Source: an uncultured Actinomycetota bacterium | GTDB lineage: Bacteria; Actinomycetota; Actinomycetes; Mycobacteriales; Mycobacteriaceae | DNA length: 64,000 nucleotides | Reading direction: 5' to 3' | Assembly (NCBI GenBank): GCA_963804905.1 | Contig: CAWDSB010000008.1 | Coordinates: 192,053-256,052 of the forward strand | Shown here: piece after piece, positions 11,867 to 20,817 of the stretch | Position numbering within the stretch: the first letter of the stretch is position 1 | How the letters are laid out: each line of letters opens with the position of its first letter | Notes under the pieces: generated by a model | Seen by the model: only the letters and a program-made list of their open reading frames with translations | What the model was told of the DNA's origin: nothing | Databases searched by the model: none | Position numbers and translations under genes: made by a program

Positions 11867-12294
11867 GCCCTTCGCTGGTTGCGGTCATCGCCGTGCTGAT
11901 CGCGGCGTTCGGGGTGGCGTACGTGATCAACAGGATGATCGCCCTGCGGGCCGGGCTGCTCAAGGAAACCCACGAGACGGCAGGCTCAGAACCCGTCGAC
12001 ACCTCCGATCTGGGCCTATCCGGGACGGGACCGACGATCGTGCATTTCAGCGCGGTGTGGTGCGGACCGTGTGCAGGGGTGCGGCGGATCGTCAATCAGG
12101 TATGCGGCGACCTGCCCGCGGTGGCGCATGTGGAGATCGACATGGACGCCAATCCGGCCGCGGCCCGGCGACTTTCGGTGCTGTCGCTACCGACGACGTT
12201 CATCTTCGACGCCGACGGCCGGCAGCGATACCGCACCACCGGCGTTCCGACCGCCGCTGACCTGCGGTCGGCGCTGGAACCGCTGTTGGCTTGA
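11863..12294 (+). CDS. Thioredoxin-like protein (ThiX-like)
   Basis: WCGPC active site. N-terminal TM helix. Rv0816c position. Confidence 0.7.
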   Translation: MSPSLVAVIAVLIAAFGVAYVINRMIALRAGLLKETHETAGSEPVDTSDLGLSGTGPTIVHFSAVWCGPCAGVRRIVNQVCGDLPAVAHVEIDMDANPAAARRLSVLSLPTTFIFDADGRQRYRTTGVPTAADLRSALEPLLA

Positions 12295-12498
12295 TCACCC
12301 TGTCATTGGGTAAGCTGTGCGGCGTGTCCGCCCGCCTCGTGGTGATGCTCACCAAGCGTCGCGCAGTAGATCTGTGCCGCGTCGCGGGTTCTTGCTGTTG
12401 TTGTTGTAGCTGCTGAGCGCAGCCGCGCGATCTGCGCGCGCTCGCTCGGAGCAGCCTGTTGGCCTGCTCGCAATCAGCCCTACCGACGCAACAGGAGT

Positions 12499-12978
12499 GT
12501 GACTTCCATGGGATCGCCCACCAAGACGATTGCCCCAGTCGACCAAGTCGACGTTCGGGGACCCCGATTCAGCGCGTGGGTGACGACAGCGGTTCTCGTG
12601 CTCACGCTTATCGTCTCCAGTTTCAGTCTCACTGCCGCCGCCGTGATCCTCGGGCTGCAAGCCGTCGTGTTCGCGATCGGCGCTTTCGGCGGTCCCCGTA
12701 AGCACCCGTACGGCGTAATTTTCGCGAGGCTCATCGCACCGCGGCTGGACCCGGTCACCAAACGCGAGCCGGTGCCCCCGTTGAAGTTCGCGCAGCTGGT
12801 CGGATTCGTGTTCGCCGTCGTCGGCGTCGTCGGCTTCGCCACCGGTGTCAGCGTGTTGGGTCTCATCGCCACCGGTTTCGCACTTGTCGCGGCGTTCCTC
12901 AACGCCGCGTTCGCGATCTGCCTTGGCTGCCAGCTCTACCCGTTAGTGGCCCGGCTGCGCTACCCCACTCCCGCGTAA
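12499..12978 (+). CDS. DUF4395 membrane protein, first gene of a rhodanese operon
   Basis: Four predicted TM helices. Typical partner directly upstream of cysA/sseC-type rhodanese genes. Confidence 0.6.
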   Translation: MTSMGSPTKTIAPVDQVDVRGPRFSAWVTTAVLVLTLIVSSFSLTAAAVILGLQAVVFAIGAFGGPRKHPYGVIFARLIAPRLDPVTKREPVPPLKFAQLVGFVFAVVGVVGFATGVSVLGLIATGFALVAAFLNAAFAICLGCQLYPLVARLRYPTPA

Positions 12979-13014
12979 TACCTCAAACACCAAGCAATCG
13001 AAAGGATTTCCTTT

Positions 13015-13848
13015 ATGGCTCGCTCCGACGTCCTGGTCTCGACCGACTGGGCCGAGAGCAATCTCGATGCGCCCAACACCGTCTTCGTCGAGGTCGACGA
13101 GGACACGTCCGCATACGACGGCGGACACATCGCCGGCGCGGTCAAGCTGGACTGGAAGACCGACCTGCAGGACCCGGTCAAGCGCGATTTCGTTGACGCG
13201 CAGCAGTTCTCAAAGCTGCTGTCCGACCGTGGCATCAGTAACGACGACACGGTGATCCTCTACGGCGGCAACAACAACTGGTTCGCCGCATACGCGTACT
13301 GGTACTTCAAGCTCTACGGCCACGACAAGGTCAAGCTGCTCGACGGCGGCCGCAAGAAGTGGGAGCTCGACGGCAGGTCGCTGTCTGCCGACACGGTGAG
13401 CCGGCCTGCGACCAGCTACACCGCCAAGCAGCCGGATAACACCATCCGGGCGTTCCGCGACGAAGTCATCGCCGCGATCGGTGAGAAGAACCTGGTCGAC
13501 GTGCGCTCGCCCGACGAGTTCTCCGGCAAGATCCTGGCTCCCGCCCACCTGCCACAGGAGCAGAGCCAGCGGCCCGGGCATATCCCCAGCGCCATCAACG
13601 TTCCGTGGAGCAAGGCGGCCAACGAGGACGGCACCTTCAAGTCCGACGAGGCGCTGGCCACGCTATATGCCGACGCAGGGCTCGACGGCGAGAAGGAGAC
13701 CATCGCGTACTGCCGGATCGGTGAGCGCTCATCGCACACCTGGTTCGTGCTGCAGGAGATTCTCGGTCACAAGAACGTCAAGAACTACGACGGCAGTTGG
13801 ACGGAATACGGCTCCCTGGTGGGTGCCCCGATTGAGTTGGGAAGTTGA
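13015..13848 (+). CDS. Thiosulfate sulfurtransferase (tandem rhodanese, CysA/SseA type)
   Basis: 277 aa. Active-site loop CRIGERSSHTW. Rv0815c-like. Confidence 0.85.
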   Translation: MARSDVLVSTDWAESNLDAPNTVFVEVDEDTSAYDGGHIAGAVKLDWKTDLQDPVKRDFVDAQQFSKLLSDRGISNDDTVILYGGNNNWFAAYAYWYFKLYGHDKVKLLDGGRKKWELDGRSLSADTVSRPATSYTAKQPDNTIRAFRDEVIAAIGEKNLVDVRSPDEFSGKILAPAHLPQEQSQRPGHIPSAINVPWSKAANEDGTFKSDEALATLYADAGLDGEKETIAYCRIGERSSHTWFVLQEILGHKNVKNYDGSWTEYGSLVGAPIELGS

Positions 13849-13849
13849 T

Positions 13850-14152
13850 ATGTGCTCTGCACCGAAGCAAGGACAGACGCTGCCGGCCGGCGTTGACCTG
13901 GAGAAGGAGACGGTGATCACCGGTCGCGTCGTGGACGGCTCCGGTCAGTCCGTCGGCGGGGCGTTCGTGCGCCTGCTGGACGCCTCCGACGAGTTCACCG
14001 CCGAGGTCGTCGCGTCGGCCACCGGTGACTTCCGGTTCTTCGCCGCACCCGGCACGTGGACGCTGCGTGCGCTGTCGCCTGCGGGCAACGGCGACGCCAG
14101 CGTGGCACCGTCGGGCGCGGGCATCCATGAGGTCGACGTCAAGGTCGCCTGA
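13850..14152 (+). CDS. SseC-like DUF1416 protein
   Basis: 100-aa ORF starting at ATG 13850, 1 nt after the rhodanese stop. Lies inside a longer out-of-frame ORF in the track. Rv0814c position. Confidence 0.65.
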   Translation: MCSAPKQGQTLPAGVDLEKETVITGRVVDGSGQSVGGAFVRLLDASDEFTAEVVASATGDFRFFAAPGTWTLRALSPAGNGDASVAPSGAGIHEVDVKVA

Positions 14153-14225
14153 CGACGAAGGCGGCGCGGCACGCGCCGACGAGGAGTCAGGCAATCGGGC
14201 CGCGCCTGACGACGAAGGCGGCGCC
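14148..14225. repeat. 21-bp direct repeat (cctgacgacgaaggcggcgcg/c) in two copies 57 bp apart, downstream of the sseC-like gene
   Basis: 20/21 identical copies at 14148-14168 and 14205-14225. First copy includes the sseC-like stop codon. Confidence 0.6.
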
Positions 14226-14362
14226 TAGCGACGCAGCAGCATTGGGCGGCGGACTAGACTCGCGGCCGTGGTGTTGTTCTACGAGATCCTGCTTGTGGCG
14301 ACCGTCGTGGTCATCACCTGGTTCGCGCTGTATGCACTATATCGGCTCATCACCGACGAATC

Positions 14363-15019
14363 GTGACCTCTGATCAAGGCCCCGTCGCCGGGCGTTCGGG
14401 CGACCAGGCGGTCGCCGCCGCGGCCGAACGGGCCAAGACGACGGCCGCGCGCAATATCCCGGTGTTCCCAGATCTTCCGGCACCTGCCGACACCGCAAAC
14501 CTGCGCGAAGGCGTCAACCTGAGCGATTCCCTGCTCGCGCTGCTGCCGCTGGTGGGAGTGTGGCGCGGCGAAGGTGAGGGGCGCGCAGCGAAGGGCGATT
14601 ACCGGTTCGGTCAGCAGATCGTGGTGTCCCACGACGGCGGCGACTATCTGATCTGGGAAGCGCGGTCGTGGCGGCTGACCGAATCCGGTGACTACGAGGA
14701 GCACGGCCTACGGGAGTCGGGGTTCTGGCGGTTCGTCAACGACCCGAACGACCCGACCGAGTCCCAGGCGATCGAATTGCTGTTGGCCCATTCCGCGGGC
14801 TATGTCGAGCTGTTCTACGGACAGCCGCTAAACCAGTCGTCGTGGGAACTGGTCACCGACGCGTTGGCCCGCAGCAAGTCCGGGATGCTCGTCGGTGGCG
14901 CGAAACGGTTGTACGGCATTGTCGAGGGGGGCGATTTGGCTTACGTCGAGGAGCGCGTCGACGCCGACGGCGGACTTGTCCCGCATCTGTCGGCCCGGCT
15001 GACGAGGTTTGTCGGCTGA
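14363..15019 (+). CDS. Nitrobindin/FABP-like DUF1794 protein (Rv0813c-like)
   Basis: 218-aa ORF with the conserved GVWRGEGEG…GDYRFGQ beta-barrel motif. GTG start overlaps the stop of a 33-codon hydrophobic ORF. Confidence 0.7.
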   Translation: MTSDQGPVAGRSGDQAVAAAAERAKTTAARNIPVFPDLPAPADTANLREGVNLSDSLLALLPLVGVWRGEGEGRAAKGDYRFGQQIVVSHDGGDYLIWEARSWRLTESGDYEEHGLRESGFWRFVNDPNDPTESQAIELLLAHSAGYVELFYGQPLNQSSWELVTDALARSKSGMLVGGAKRLYGIVEGGDLAYVEERVDADGGLVPHLSARLTRFVG

Positions 15020-15276
15020 TGCGAAAGATGCGGTGGGCCACGGTGATCGCCGTGGCGCTGATAGTCGCGGGATGTTCGTCGAAGGGGGCGCCGCCAGAGC
15101 AATCGTCGACGCCGGCGCCGAGCGATCACGGCGCGTATGCCAAATGTCTTCAAGATCACGGTGTTTCGGCTCCGCCGGGACCCGTCGCCGGACCACCGCC
15201 TGGCACCGACCAGGGCGCCTGGCATCAGGCGACGGAGGCCTGCGCGTCACTGGCGCCCGGGCCGTCGGCCGGCTAG
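15019..15276 (+). CDS. Small putative lipoprotein
   Basis: [21 protein letters not shown]: signal peptide with lipobox LVAGC. Pro/Gly-rich mature part. ATG overlaps the upstream stop. Confidence 0.45.
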   Translation: MRKMRWATVIAVALIVAGCSSKGAPPEQSSTPAPSDHGAYAKCLQDHGVSAPPGPVAGPPPGTDQGAWHQATEACASLAPGPSAG

Positions 15277-15400
15277 GCCAGAACGGGCGCCTTCCCCACC
15301 TCAACGAGGCGCTTCTTCCGCGCCAGCACGATCACCGACCACGAACAGTGACGTGGCCCAGATATGGGTCGGCCCCCGAGCCGCTGTTCCTTGGTTGGAC

Positions 15401-15423
15401 AAAAACCGAGGGGCTCGGGGGCC
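15401..15423 (-). terminator. Rho-independent-type terminator on the minus strand, nested inside a 12-bp-stem hairpin (15371-15423)
   Basis: ccgag-ggg-ctcgg stem-loop followed on the minus strand by TTTTT. Outer arms ggcccccgagcc / ggctcgggggcc. Confidence 0.4.
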
Positions 15424-15792
15424 GGGTGACTGCGGGGAATTCGCCAGCGCGCGCAGGTGATCCCCTGGCGCTGCTAGCTCGCAGCCACCTCACATGTCCA
15501 TAAGTCAATCAATTTGTCGGACCACCTCCTTCCCTGTGTACGAGCGAGGTTATCACTGACTCTGAAGGGGCCGGTAGCGATTTATCACCGGTGTGGTGCG
15601 GTTGCAGGCCGGCCCTTTACGGGTCGCGCTCAGCCGGCCGGGCAGACCTCCTGGCCCTCACAGGTACCGCCGAATTCGGCGTCGACGCCTGGTCCTCGGC
15701 CTGGGCTGGCCGGAGCCGCGGGGCAGGTGGCGCTGGGTTGGCGCCCGGCGCACCTGGTTGCCCGACGCCTGTATTCGTCGGTCGTTACGTTG

Positions 15793-16677
15793 TCAGCGAT
15801 CGCTCACGATGGCGGCGTCTACGAGCTCGGACAGTTCTGCGGCCATCGGTGCGGGTCGCAGCGGCTTGCCGTCGAGGGTGTGCACCCGGGCCGCCAGCGT
15901 GATGCTCGATACCAGCCAAACACCTTGGGCAGCAATGAGATCAGTGGTCCGCAGTGCCCGATAGTCGCAGTCGTAGCCCTTGTTGCGTGCCACCTCGAAC
16001 AGGGCCTGCTGAGTGGTGCCGCGCAGGATGGGATACCACGGCGGCGGGGTGAGCAGCCCGAGCCTGCCGTCCATTTCCGTGGCGATCACCACCGTCGACC
16101 GCGGACCCTCCAGGACATAACCGTCGGAGCTGACGAAGATCACGTCGCCTGCGCCGTGACGCTCGGCGTGACGCAGCGCCGCCATGTTCACCGCGTAGGA
16201 CAGCGTCTTGGCGCCGGCCAACAGCCACGGCGTGTCGTCGGCACCGGCGGCGGGCAGGCCGCGGGCAAGCGTCAGCGCGGCGACCCCGTCCCTGCGGGCC
16301 GCGGCCACCCTGTCGGGCACTGCGCCGATCATCGCGAACCCCGTCGGGGGTGATCCGCTTTCGCGTCCCCGGCTGTAGATCAGCCGCAGCACTCCCTCTT
16401 GGCCCCCCTGGTCGGTCCAGCTCGCCGTCGCGGTGGCGACCGCTGCACGCCACCGCTCCAGGTCGGGTGCGGGTAGATCCATCAGCCGCGCCGATTGCGT
16501 CAACCGACCCAGGTGGGCCTCGAGCAGGCACGGGCGCCCGTCGCGCACCAGAAGCGAATCGAAGATCCCGTCGCCGCGCACCACGGCCAGATCGTCGGCG
16601 TGCAGGAGTGGTGTCTGCGGATCCTGCAACTGCCCGTCGAGCGTGACCACAATCCCCGGTTCGCCCGCCATGGCCAA
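15793..16677 (-). CDS. Class IV aminotransferase / aminodeoxychorismate lyase (PabC-like, Rv0812-like)
   Basis: 294 aa. Fold-type IV PLP enzyme motifs. Synteny with Rv0811c-like neighbour. Confidence 0.8.
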   Translation of the reverse strand: MAMAGEPGIVVTLDGQLQDPQTPLLHADDLAVVRGDGIFDSLLVRDGRPCLLEAHLGRLTQSARLMDLPAPDLERWRAAVATATASWTDQGGQEGVLRLIYSRGRESGSPPTGFAMIGAVPDRVAAARRDGVAALTLARGLPAAGADDTPWLLAGAKTLSYAVNMAALRHAERHGAGDVIFVSSDGYVLEGPRSTVVIATEMDGRLGLLTPPPWYPILRGTTQQALFEVARNKGYDCDYRALRTTDLIAAQGVWLVSSITLAARVHTLDGKPLRPAPMAAELSELVDAAIVSDR

Positions 16678-16704
16678 GAAGCGTAGCGCCGTACAGTTGG
16701 ACCT

Positions 16705-17778
16705 ATGTCAGCAGTTCCCGCCCCCGAGATGGGCCCCGACGCCGGCGCCGTCTGGCATTACGGCGACCCCCTCGGAGAGCAGCGCGCGGCAGGCGAGGAG
16801 GCCGTGGTGGTGGACCGCTCGCATCGCGCGGTGCTCGCCCTGACCGGCGGTGACCGAAAAAGCTGGCTGCACAACATCTCCACCCAGCACGTCAGCGAGC
16901 TGCCCGATGGCACCGTTACGCAGAATCTGAGCCTCGACGGCCAGGGCCGTGTCGAAGATCACTGGATCCAGACCGAGCTCGGCGATGTCACCTATCTCGA
17001 CACCGAACCGTGGCGGGGTGAGCCGCTGCTGACGTATCTACGCAAGATGGTGTTCTGGTCCGACGTCGCGATCGAGCCTGCCGATCTGGCCGTGCTGTCG
17101 CTGCTGGGTCCTCGGCTGGCCGAACAAGAGGTGCGCGGTGCCCTCGGCCTCGGTTCGCTACCGGCTGAAAACACCGCGGTGGCGCTTGCCGAGGGCGGTT
17201 TCGTCCGCCGAATCGGCTCACTGGACATCGAACTGGATCTCGTGGTGCCGCGGGCACGGGCCGCTGACTGGATGGACCGGCTGACTGCGGCAGGTGTGCG
17301 ACGGGCCGGGGTTTGGACCTACGAGGCACATCGAGTGGCGGCGCTGCGGCCGCGGCTCGGCGTCGACACCGACGAGCGGACGATCCCCCACGAGGTGGGC
17401 TGGATCGGCAGCGCAGTGCACCTGGAGAAGGGCTGCTACCGCGGGCAGGAAACCGTCGCGCGGGTACATAACCTGGGCAAACCGCCCCGGATGATGGTGC
17501 TGCTCCATCTGGACGGGTCGACGGAGCGGCCGTCGACCGGCGACTCGGTGCTCGCGGGCGGGCGTGCTGTCGGGCGCCTCGGCACCGTCGTCGACCACGT
17601 AGATCTCGGCCCGGTCAGCCTCGCGCTGGTGAAGCGCGGACTGCCCGCCGACACGGCGCTGACCACCGGCGGGGACGTCGAGGCGCCCGCAGTCATCGAC
17701 GCCGACTCGATGCCTGCCACCGACGGCGTCGGGGCGGGTCGGCTGGCGGTCGAACGGCTGCGGGGCGGCGCGCGGTGA
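16705..17778 (+). CDS. YgfZ-like folate-binding protein (GcvT domain, Rv0811c-like)
   Basis: 357 aa. GCV_T-like domain with the KGCYRGQE motif typical of YgfZ. Confidence 0.75.
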   Translation: MSAVPAPEMGPDAGAVWHYGDPLGEQRAAGEEAVVVDRSHRAVLALTGGDRKSWLHNISTQHVSELPDGTVTQNLSLDGQGRVEDHWIQTELGDVTYLDTEPWRGEPLLTYLRKMVFWSDVAIEPADLAVLSLLGPRLAEQEVRGALGLGSLPAENTAVALAEGGFVRRIGSLDIELDLVVPRARAADWMDRLTAAGVRRAGVWTYEAHRVAALRPRLGVDTDERTIPHEVGWIGSAVHLEKGCYRGQETVARVHNLGKPPRMMVLLHLDGSTERPSTGDSVLAGGRAVGRLGTVVDHVDLGPVSLALVKRGLPADTALTTGGDVEAPAVIDADSMPATDGVGAGRLAVERLRGGAR

Positions 17779-17913
17779 GCCGATGCGCGCACACAAGGGC
17801 CTGGCAGCAGAGCGCAGCCGGGCACGGTAAAGTGTTGGCAGGACAATAAAGACACACAGATCGGAGCCGCCTTCTAATCGGGCCGCTCCGTTATTGCGCG
17901 AGGGGGTCCCCCC

Positions 17914-18105
17914 ATGGGCCGCGGCCGGGCAAAGGCAAAGCAGACCAAGGTTGCTCGTGAGCTCAAATACAGCTCACCGCAGACTGACTTCGAGCGGCTT
18001 CAGCGCGAGCTGGCCGGCTCGGACGGCGCCGAGCCAGACGACGATCTGAACGGCGCCGAAGGGTCAGCCGATAACAGCTGGGCCGACGACGACTGGCGAC
18101 GCTAG
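17914..18105 (+). CDS. Small conserved DUF3073 protein (Rv0810c-like)
   Basis: 63 aa, Lys-rich N-terminus and acidic C-terminus. Conserved position between the ygfZ-like gene and purM. Confidence 0.5.
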   Translation: MGRGRAKAKQTKVARELKYSSPQTDFERLQRELAGSDGAEPDDDLNGAEGSADNSWADDDWRR

Positions 18106-18130
18106 TCCGTAGTCTTTTCGGGTTTCGTCT

Positions 18131-19237
18131 CTAAAAACGTGGGTGCTGACCCACGAGTCCGGCGCGTGGGCCGTCCTTGCTGCCCTTCTTGACGGTGCCA
18201 ACGATCCAGCAGTTCAGGTGCCGGGCGGTGAGGATCGCCAGCGCGCGGTCGGTGTCCTCGGGCGCGACGACGGCGACCATGCCGACACCCATGTTGAACG
18301 TCTTCTCCATCTCGGTGCGGTCGACGCGGCCGCGCTGGGCGATCATGCCGAACACCGGCGCAGGCGTCCAGGTGCCGCGATCGAGCTCGGCCATCAGCCC
18401 CGGAGGGATGACGCGTTCCAGGTTGCCGGCCAGGCCGCCGCCGGTGACGTGGCAGAAGGTGCGCACCTGGGTTTCGGCGGCCAGCGCCAGACAGTCCTTG
18501 GCGTAGATGCGGGTCGGCTCGAGGAGCTCTTCGCCCAGCGTGCGGCCGAATTCCTCGACGTGGCCGGCCAGGTTCATCCGGTCGATCTCCAGCAGCACCT
18601 TGCGCGCCAGCGAATAGCCGTTGGAATGCAGGCCGGTGGAGCCCATGCCGATGATCACGTCGCCGGGCTTGACCCGATCGGGGCCGAGCACGTCGTCGGC
18701 CTCGACGATGCCGACGCCGGTCGCGGAGATGTCGTAGTGGTCGGGCGCCATCAGCCCGGGATGTTCGGCGGTCTCCCCGCCGAGCAACGCGCAGCCGGCA
18801 ATGACGCACCCGTTGGCGATGCCGGACACCAATTGGCTGACCCGCTCCGGCACGGTGCGGCCGATGGCGATGTAGTCCTGAAGGAAGAGCGGCTCGGCCC
18901 CGCACACCACCAGGTCGTCGACGACCATAGCGACGAGGTCGAGCCCGACGGTGTCGTGTTTGTCCATCGCCTGAGCGACGGCCAGCTTGGTGCCGACCCC
19001 GTCGGTCGAGGACGCGAGCACCGGCTCGCGGTAGCCGCCCCGCAGCGCGAACAGCCCCGCGAAGCCGCCGAGGCCGCCGCGTACCTCGGGCCTGGTCGCC
19101 TTGCTCGCCAGCGGTTTGAAGAGTTCGACGGCGCGGTCACCAGCTTCGATGTCCACCCCGGCCGATGCATAGGAGATGCCGTGTTGTGCGGCGCGATCGG
19201 TCATCGCGACCAAATCTACCGGGCTGGACGACCGCAC
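18131..19237 (-). CDS. purM: Phosphoribosylformylglycinamidine cyclo-ligase (AIR synthetase)
   Basis: 368 aa. PurM N- and C-domain motifs (DGVGTK, GLHSNGYSL). Confidence 0.9.
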   Translation of the reverse strand: MRSSSPVDLVAMTDRAAQHGISYASAGVDIEAGDRAVELFKPLASKATRPEVRGGLGGFAGLFALRGGYREPVLASSTDGVGTKLAVAQAMDKHDTVGLDLVAMVVDDLVVCGAEPLFLQDYIAIGRTVPERVSQLVSGIANGCVIAGCALLGGETAEHPGLMAPDHYDISATGVGIVEADDVLGPDRVKPGDVIIGMGSTGLHSNGYSLARKVLLEIDRMNLAGHVEEFGRTLGEELLEPTRIYAKDCLALAAETQVRTFCHVTGGGLAGNLERVIPPGLMAELDRGTWTPAPVFGMIAQRGRVDRTEMEKTFNMGVGMVAVVAPEDTDRALAILTARHLNCWIVGTVKKGSKDGPRAGLVGQHPRF

Positions 19238-19334
19238 GGTACGTGTTGCTCACTGTGCGTTTTCTGTCCCACACCGAGTACGTCCAGCACGGTATGACAA
19301 CGTGAGCGATCATGACACCGCGCAGAAAGCAGAG

Positions 19335-19847
19335 ATGACCGCGGCTCGCTCGTTTGCGGTGGCCGCTGCCGCAATCGTGGCCGCATCGGTGGCCCTTCCC
19401 GGCACCGCGACCGCCACCCCACCGCGGGACGTGGACGGGACCGTCATCTGGCAAATGACCGACGACGGCAAGGACTACGTCTTCCGTGAGATCACCCGGA
19501 CGGTGGCAGCACCGGTTTGGCATTCGCATGACGGCCAGTTGTTCGGCGTCGTCAAGGATGGCACGTTGATGCACAACCGGTCCGACTGCTCGATGGACGG
19601 GCTGTACGTGGCCGGGCAGAGCATCGCGGAGAAAGGCGGACTGGACTACGTGCATATCGGCCGCAATGTCGGCCCGGCACCGCTGGTTTTGCAGATCCTC
19701 TACATCGATCCCGCGGGGGTCCGCTGTCCGACGACGCGCCCGATCCGGGTTGCGGGTTTGCCTGACGCCGGAAACGGTCATCCGCCCGGCTGTTGGCTCC
19801 GAATACTGATGAGGAGCGTCGATGAACGGAGGTGTTGTGCCGGCTGA
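19335..19847 (+). CDS. Hypothetical secreted protein
   Basis: ATG at 19335 followed by a signal peptide (AVAAAAIVAASVALPGTATA). No recognised domain. 3' end overlaps the next gene by 26 nt. Confidence 0.4.
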   Translation: MTAARSFAVAAAAIVAASVALPGTATATPPRDVDGTVIWQMTDDGKDYVFREITRTVAAPVWHSHDGQLFGVVKDGTLMHNRSDCSMDGLYVAGQSIAEKGGLDYVHIGRNVGPAPLVLQILYIDPAGVRCPTTRPIRVAGLPDAGNGHPPGCWLRILMRSVDERRCCAG

Positions 19848-20814
19848 GGAGATTCGCTGCGTGGTGACGGGTGCGACCGGCTATATCGGTGGCCGGCTGA
19901 TACCCCGACTGCTGGACGCCGGTCTGCGCGTGCGCGCCATGGCGCGCAACCCGGACAAACTCGCCGACGTGCCGTGGCGAAACGACGTGGAGATTGTTCG
20001 GGGTGACCTCACTGCGCCCGAGTCGCTGACCGAGGCTTTCGACGGCGCTGACGTCGTTTACTACCTGGTGCACTCGATGGGGACGTCGAAGGACTTCGTC
20101 GCCGAGGAGCGCGGGTCGGCACGCAATGTGGTCGAGGCGGCGCGACGGGCAGGGGTGCGGCGACTGGTGTACCTCAGCGGGCTCCATCCGGAAGGCACGG
20201 AGTTGTCGCGGCATCTGGCGTCGCGCACCGAGGTCGGCGAAATTCTGATCGACTCGGGTATCGAGACAGTCGTGCTGCAGGCCGGGATCGTCATCGGCTC
20301 GGGGTCCGCCTCGTTCGAGATGATCCGCCACCTCACCGACCGCCTTCCCGCGATGACGACGCCGAAGTGGGTGCACAACAAGATCCAGCCGATCGCGATC
20401 GATGACGTCCTGCACTACCTGGCCGAGGCCGCCACGGCCGACGTGTCCTCGTCGCGGACGTGGGACGTCGGCGGTCCCGACGTGATGGAGTACGGCGAGG
20501 CGATGCAGGGCTACGCCGACGTGGCCGGTCTCCGTCGTCGGCTCATCGTGGTGCTGCCGTTCCTGACCCCCACGATCGCCAGTTGGTGGGTGGGCCTGGT
20601 GACGCCGATCCCGTCGGGGCTGGCGCGGCCACTGGTGGAGTCCCTGGAATGCGATGCCGTGATGCTCGACCACGACATCGACAGCGTCATCGCACCGCCC
20701 GAGGGCGGGTTGACCGGCTACCGCGCCTCAGTGAGTCAAGCGCTGCAGCAGGACGGCACCGCCGGCGATGGAAGACGCCACCTGGTGAGATTCAGTTCGA
20801 CTGCGCCGCAGTAG
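19822..20814 (+). CDS. NAD(P)-binding NmrA/epimerase-like SDR protein
   Basis: N-terminal VTGATGYIGGRL Rossmann motif, 330 aa. Confidence 0.7.
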   Translation: MNGGVVPAEEIRCVVTGATGYIGGRLIPRLLDAGLRVRAMARNPDKLADVPWRNDVEIVRGDLTAPESLTEAFDGADVVYYLVHSMGTSKDFVAEERGSARNVVEAARRAGVRRLVYLSGLHPEGTELSRHLASRTEVGEILIDSGIETVVLQAGIVIGSGSASFEMIRHLTDRLPAMTTPKWVHNKIQPIAIDDVLHYLAEAATADVSSSRTWDVGGPDVMEYGEAMQGYADVAGLRRRLIVVLPFLTPTIASWWVGLVTPIPSGLARPLVESLECDAVMLDHDIDSVIAPPEGGLTGYRASVSQALQQDGTAGDGRRHLVRFSSTAPQ

Positions 20815-20817
20815 GTT

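Noticed and set aside
14025-14228. 67-aa plus-strand ORF ending …PDDEGGAARADEESGNRAAPDDEGGA
   Set aside because: It is the out-of-frame read-through of the sseC-like gene into the 21-bp direct repeat. Its repetitive acidic tail is created by that DNA repeat, not evidence of a gene.
15480-15530. Plus-strand cggaccacctccttccc resembling a 16S rRNA 3' end
   Set aside because: It is simply the complement of the minus-strand SD-like GGAAGGAGGTGGT. No flanking rRNA-like sequence is present.
18102-18905. 267-aa minus-strand ORF, plus 15514..16353(+), 19552..20673(-), 21052..21861(+) and 23198..24070(-)
   Set aside because: Each overlaps, in another frame or strand, a gene with clear family assignment (purM, pabC, epimerase, purF, mce). 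Their composition is low-complexity Arg/Pro/Gly.
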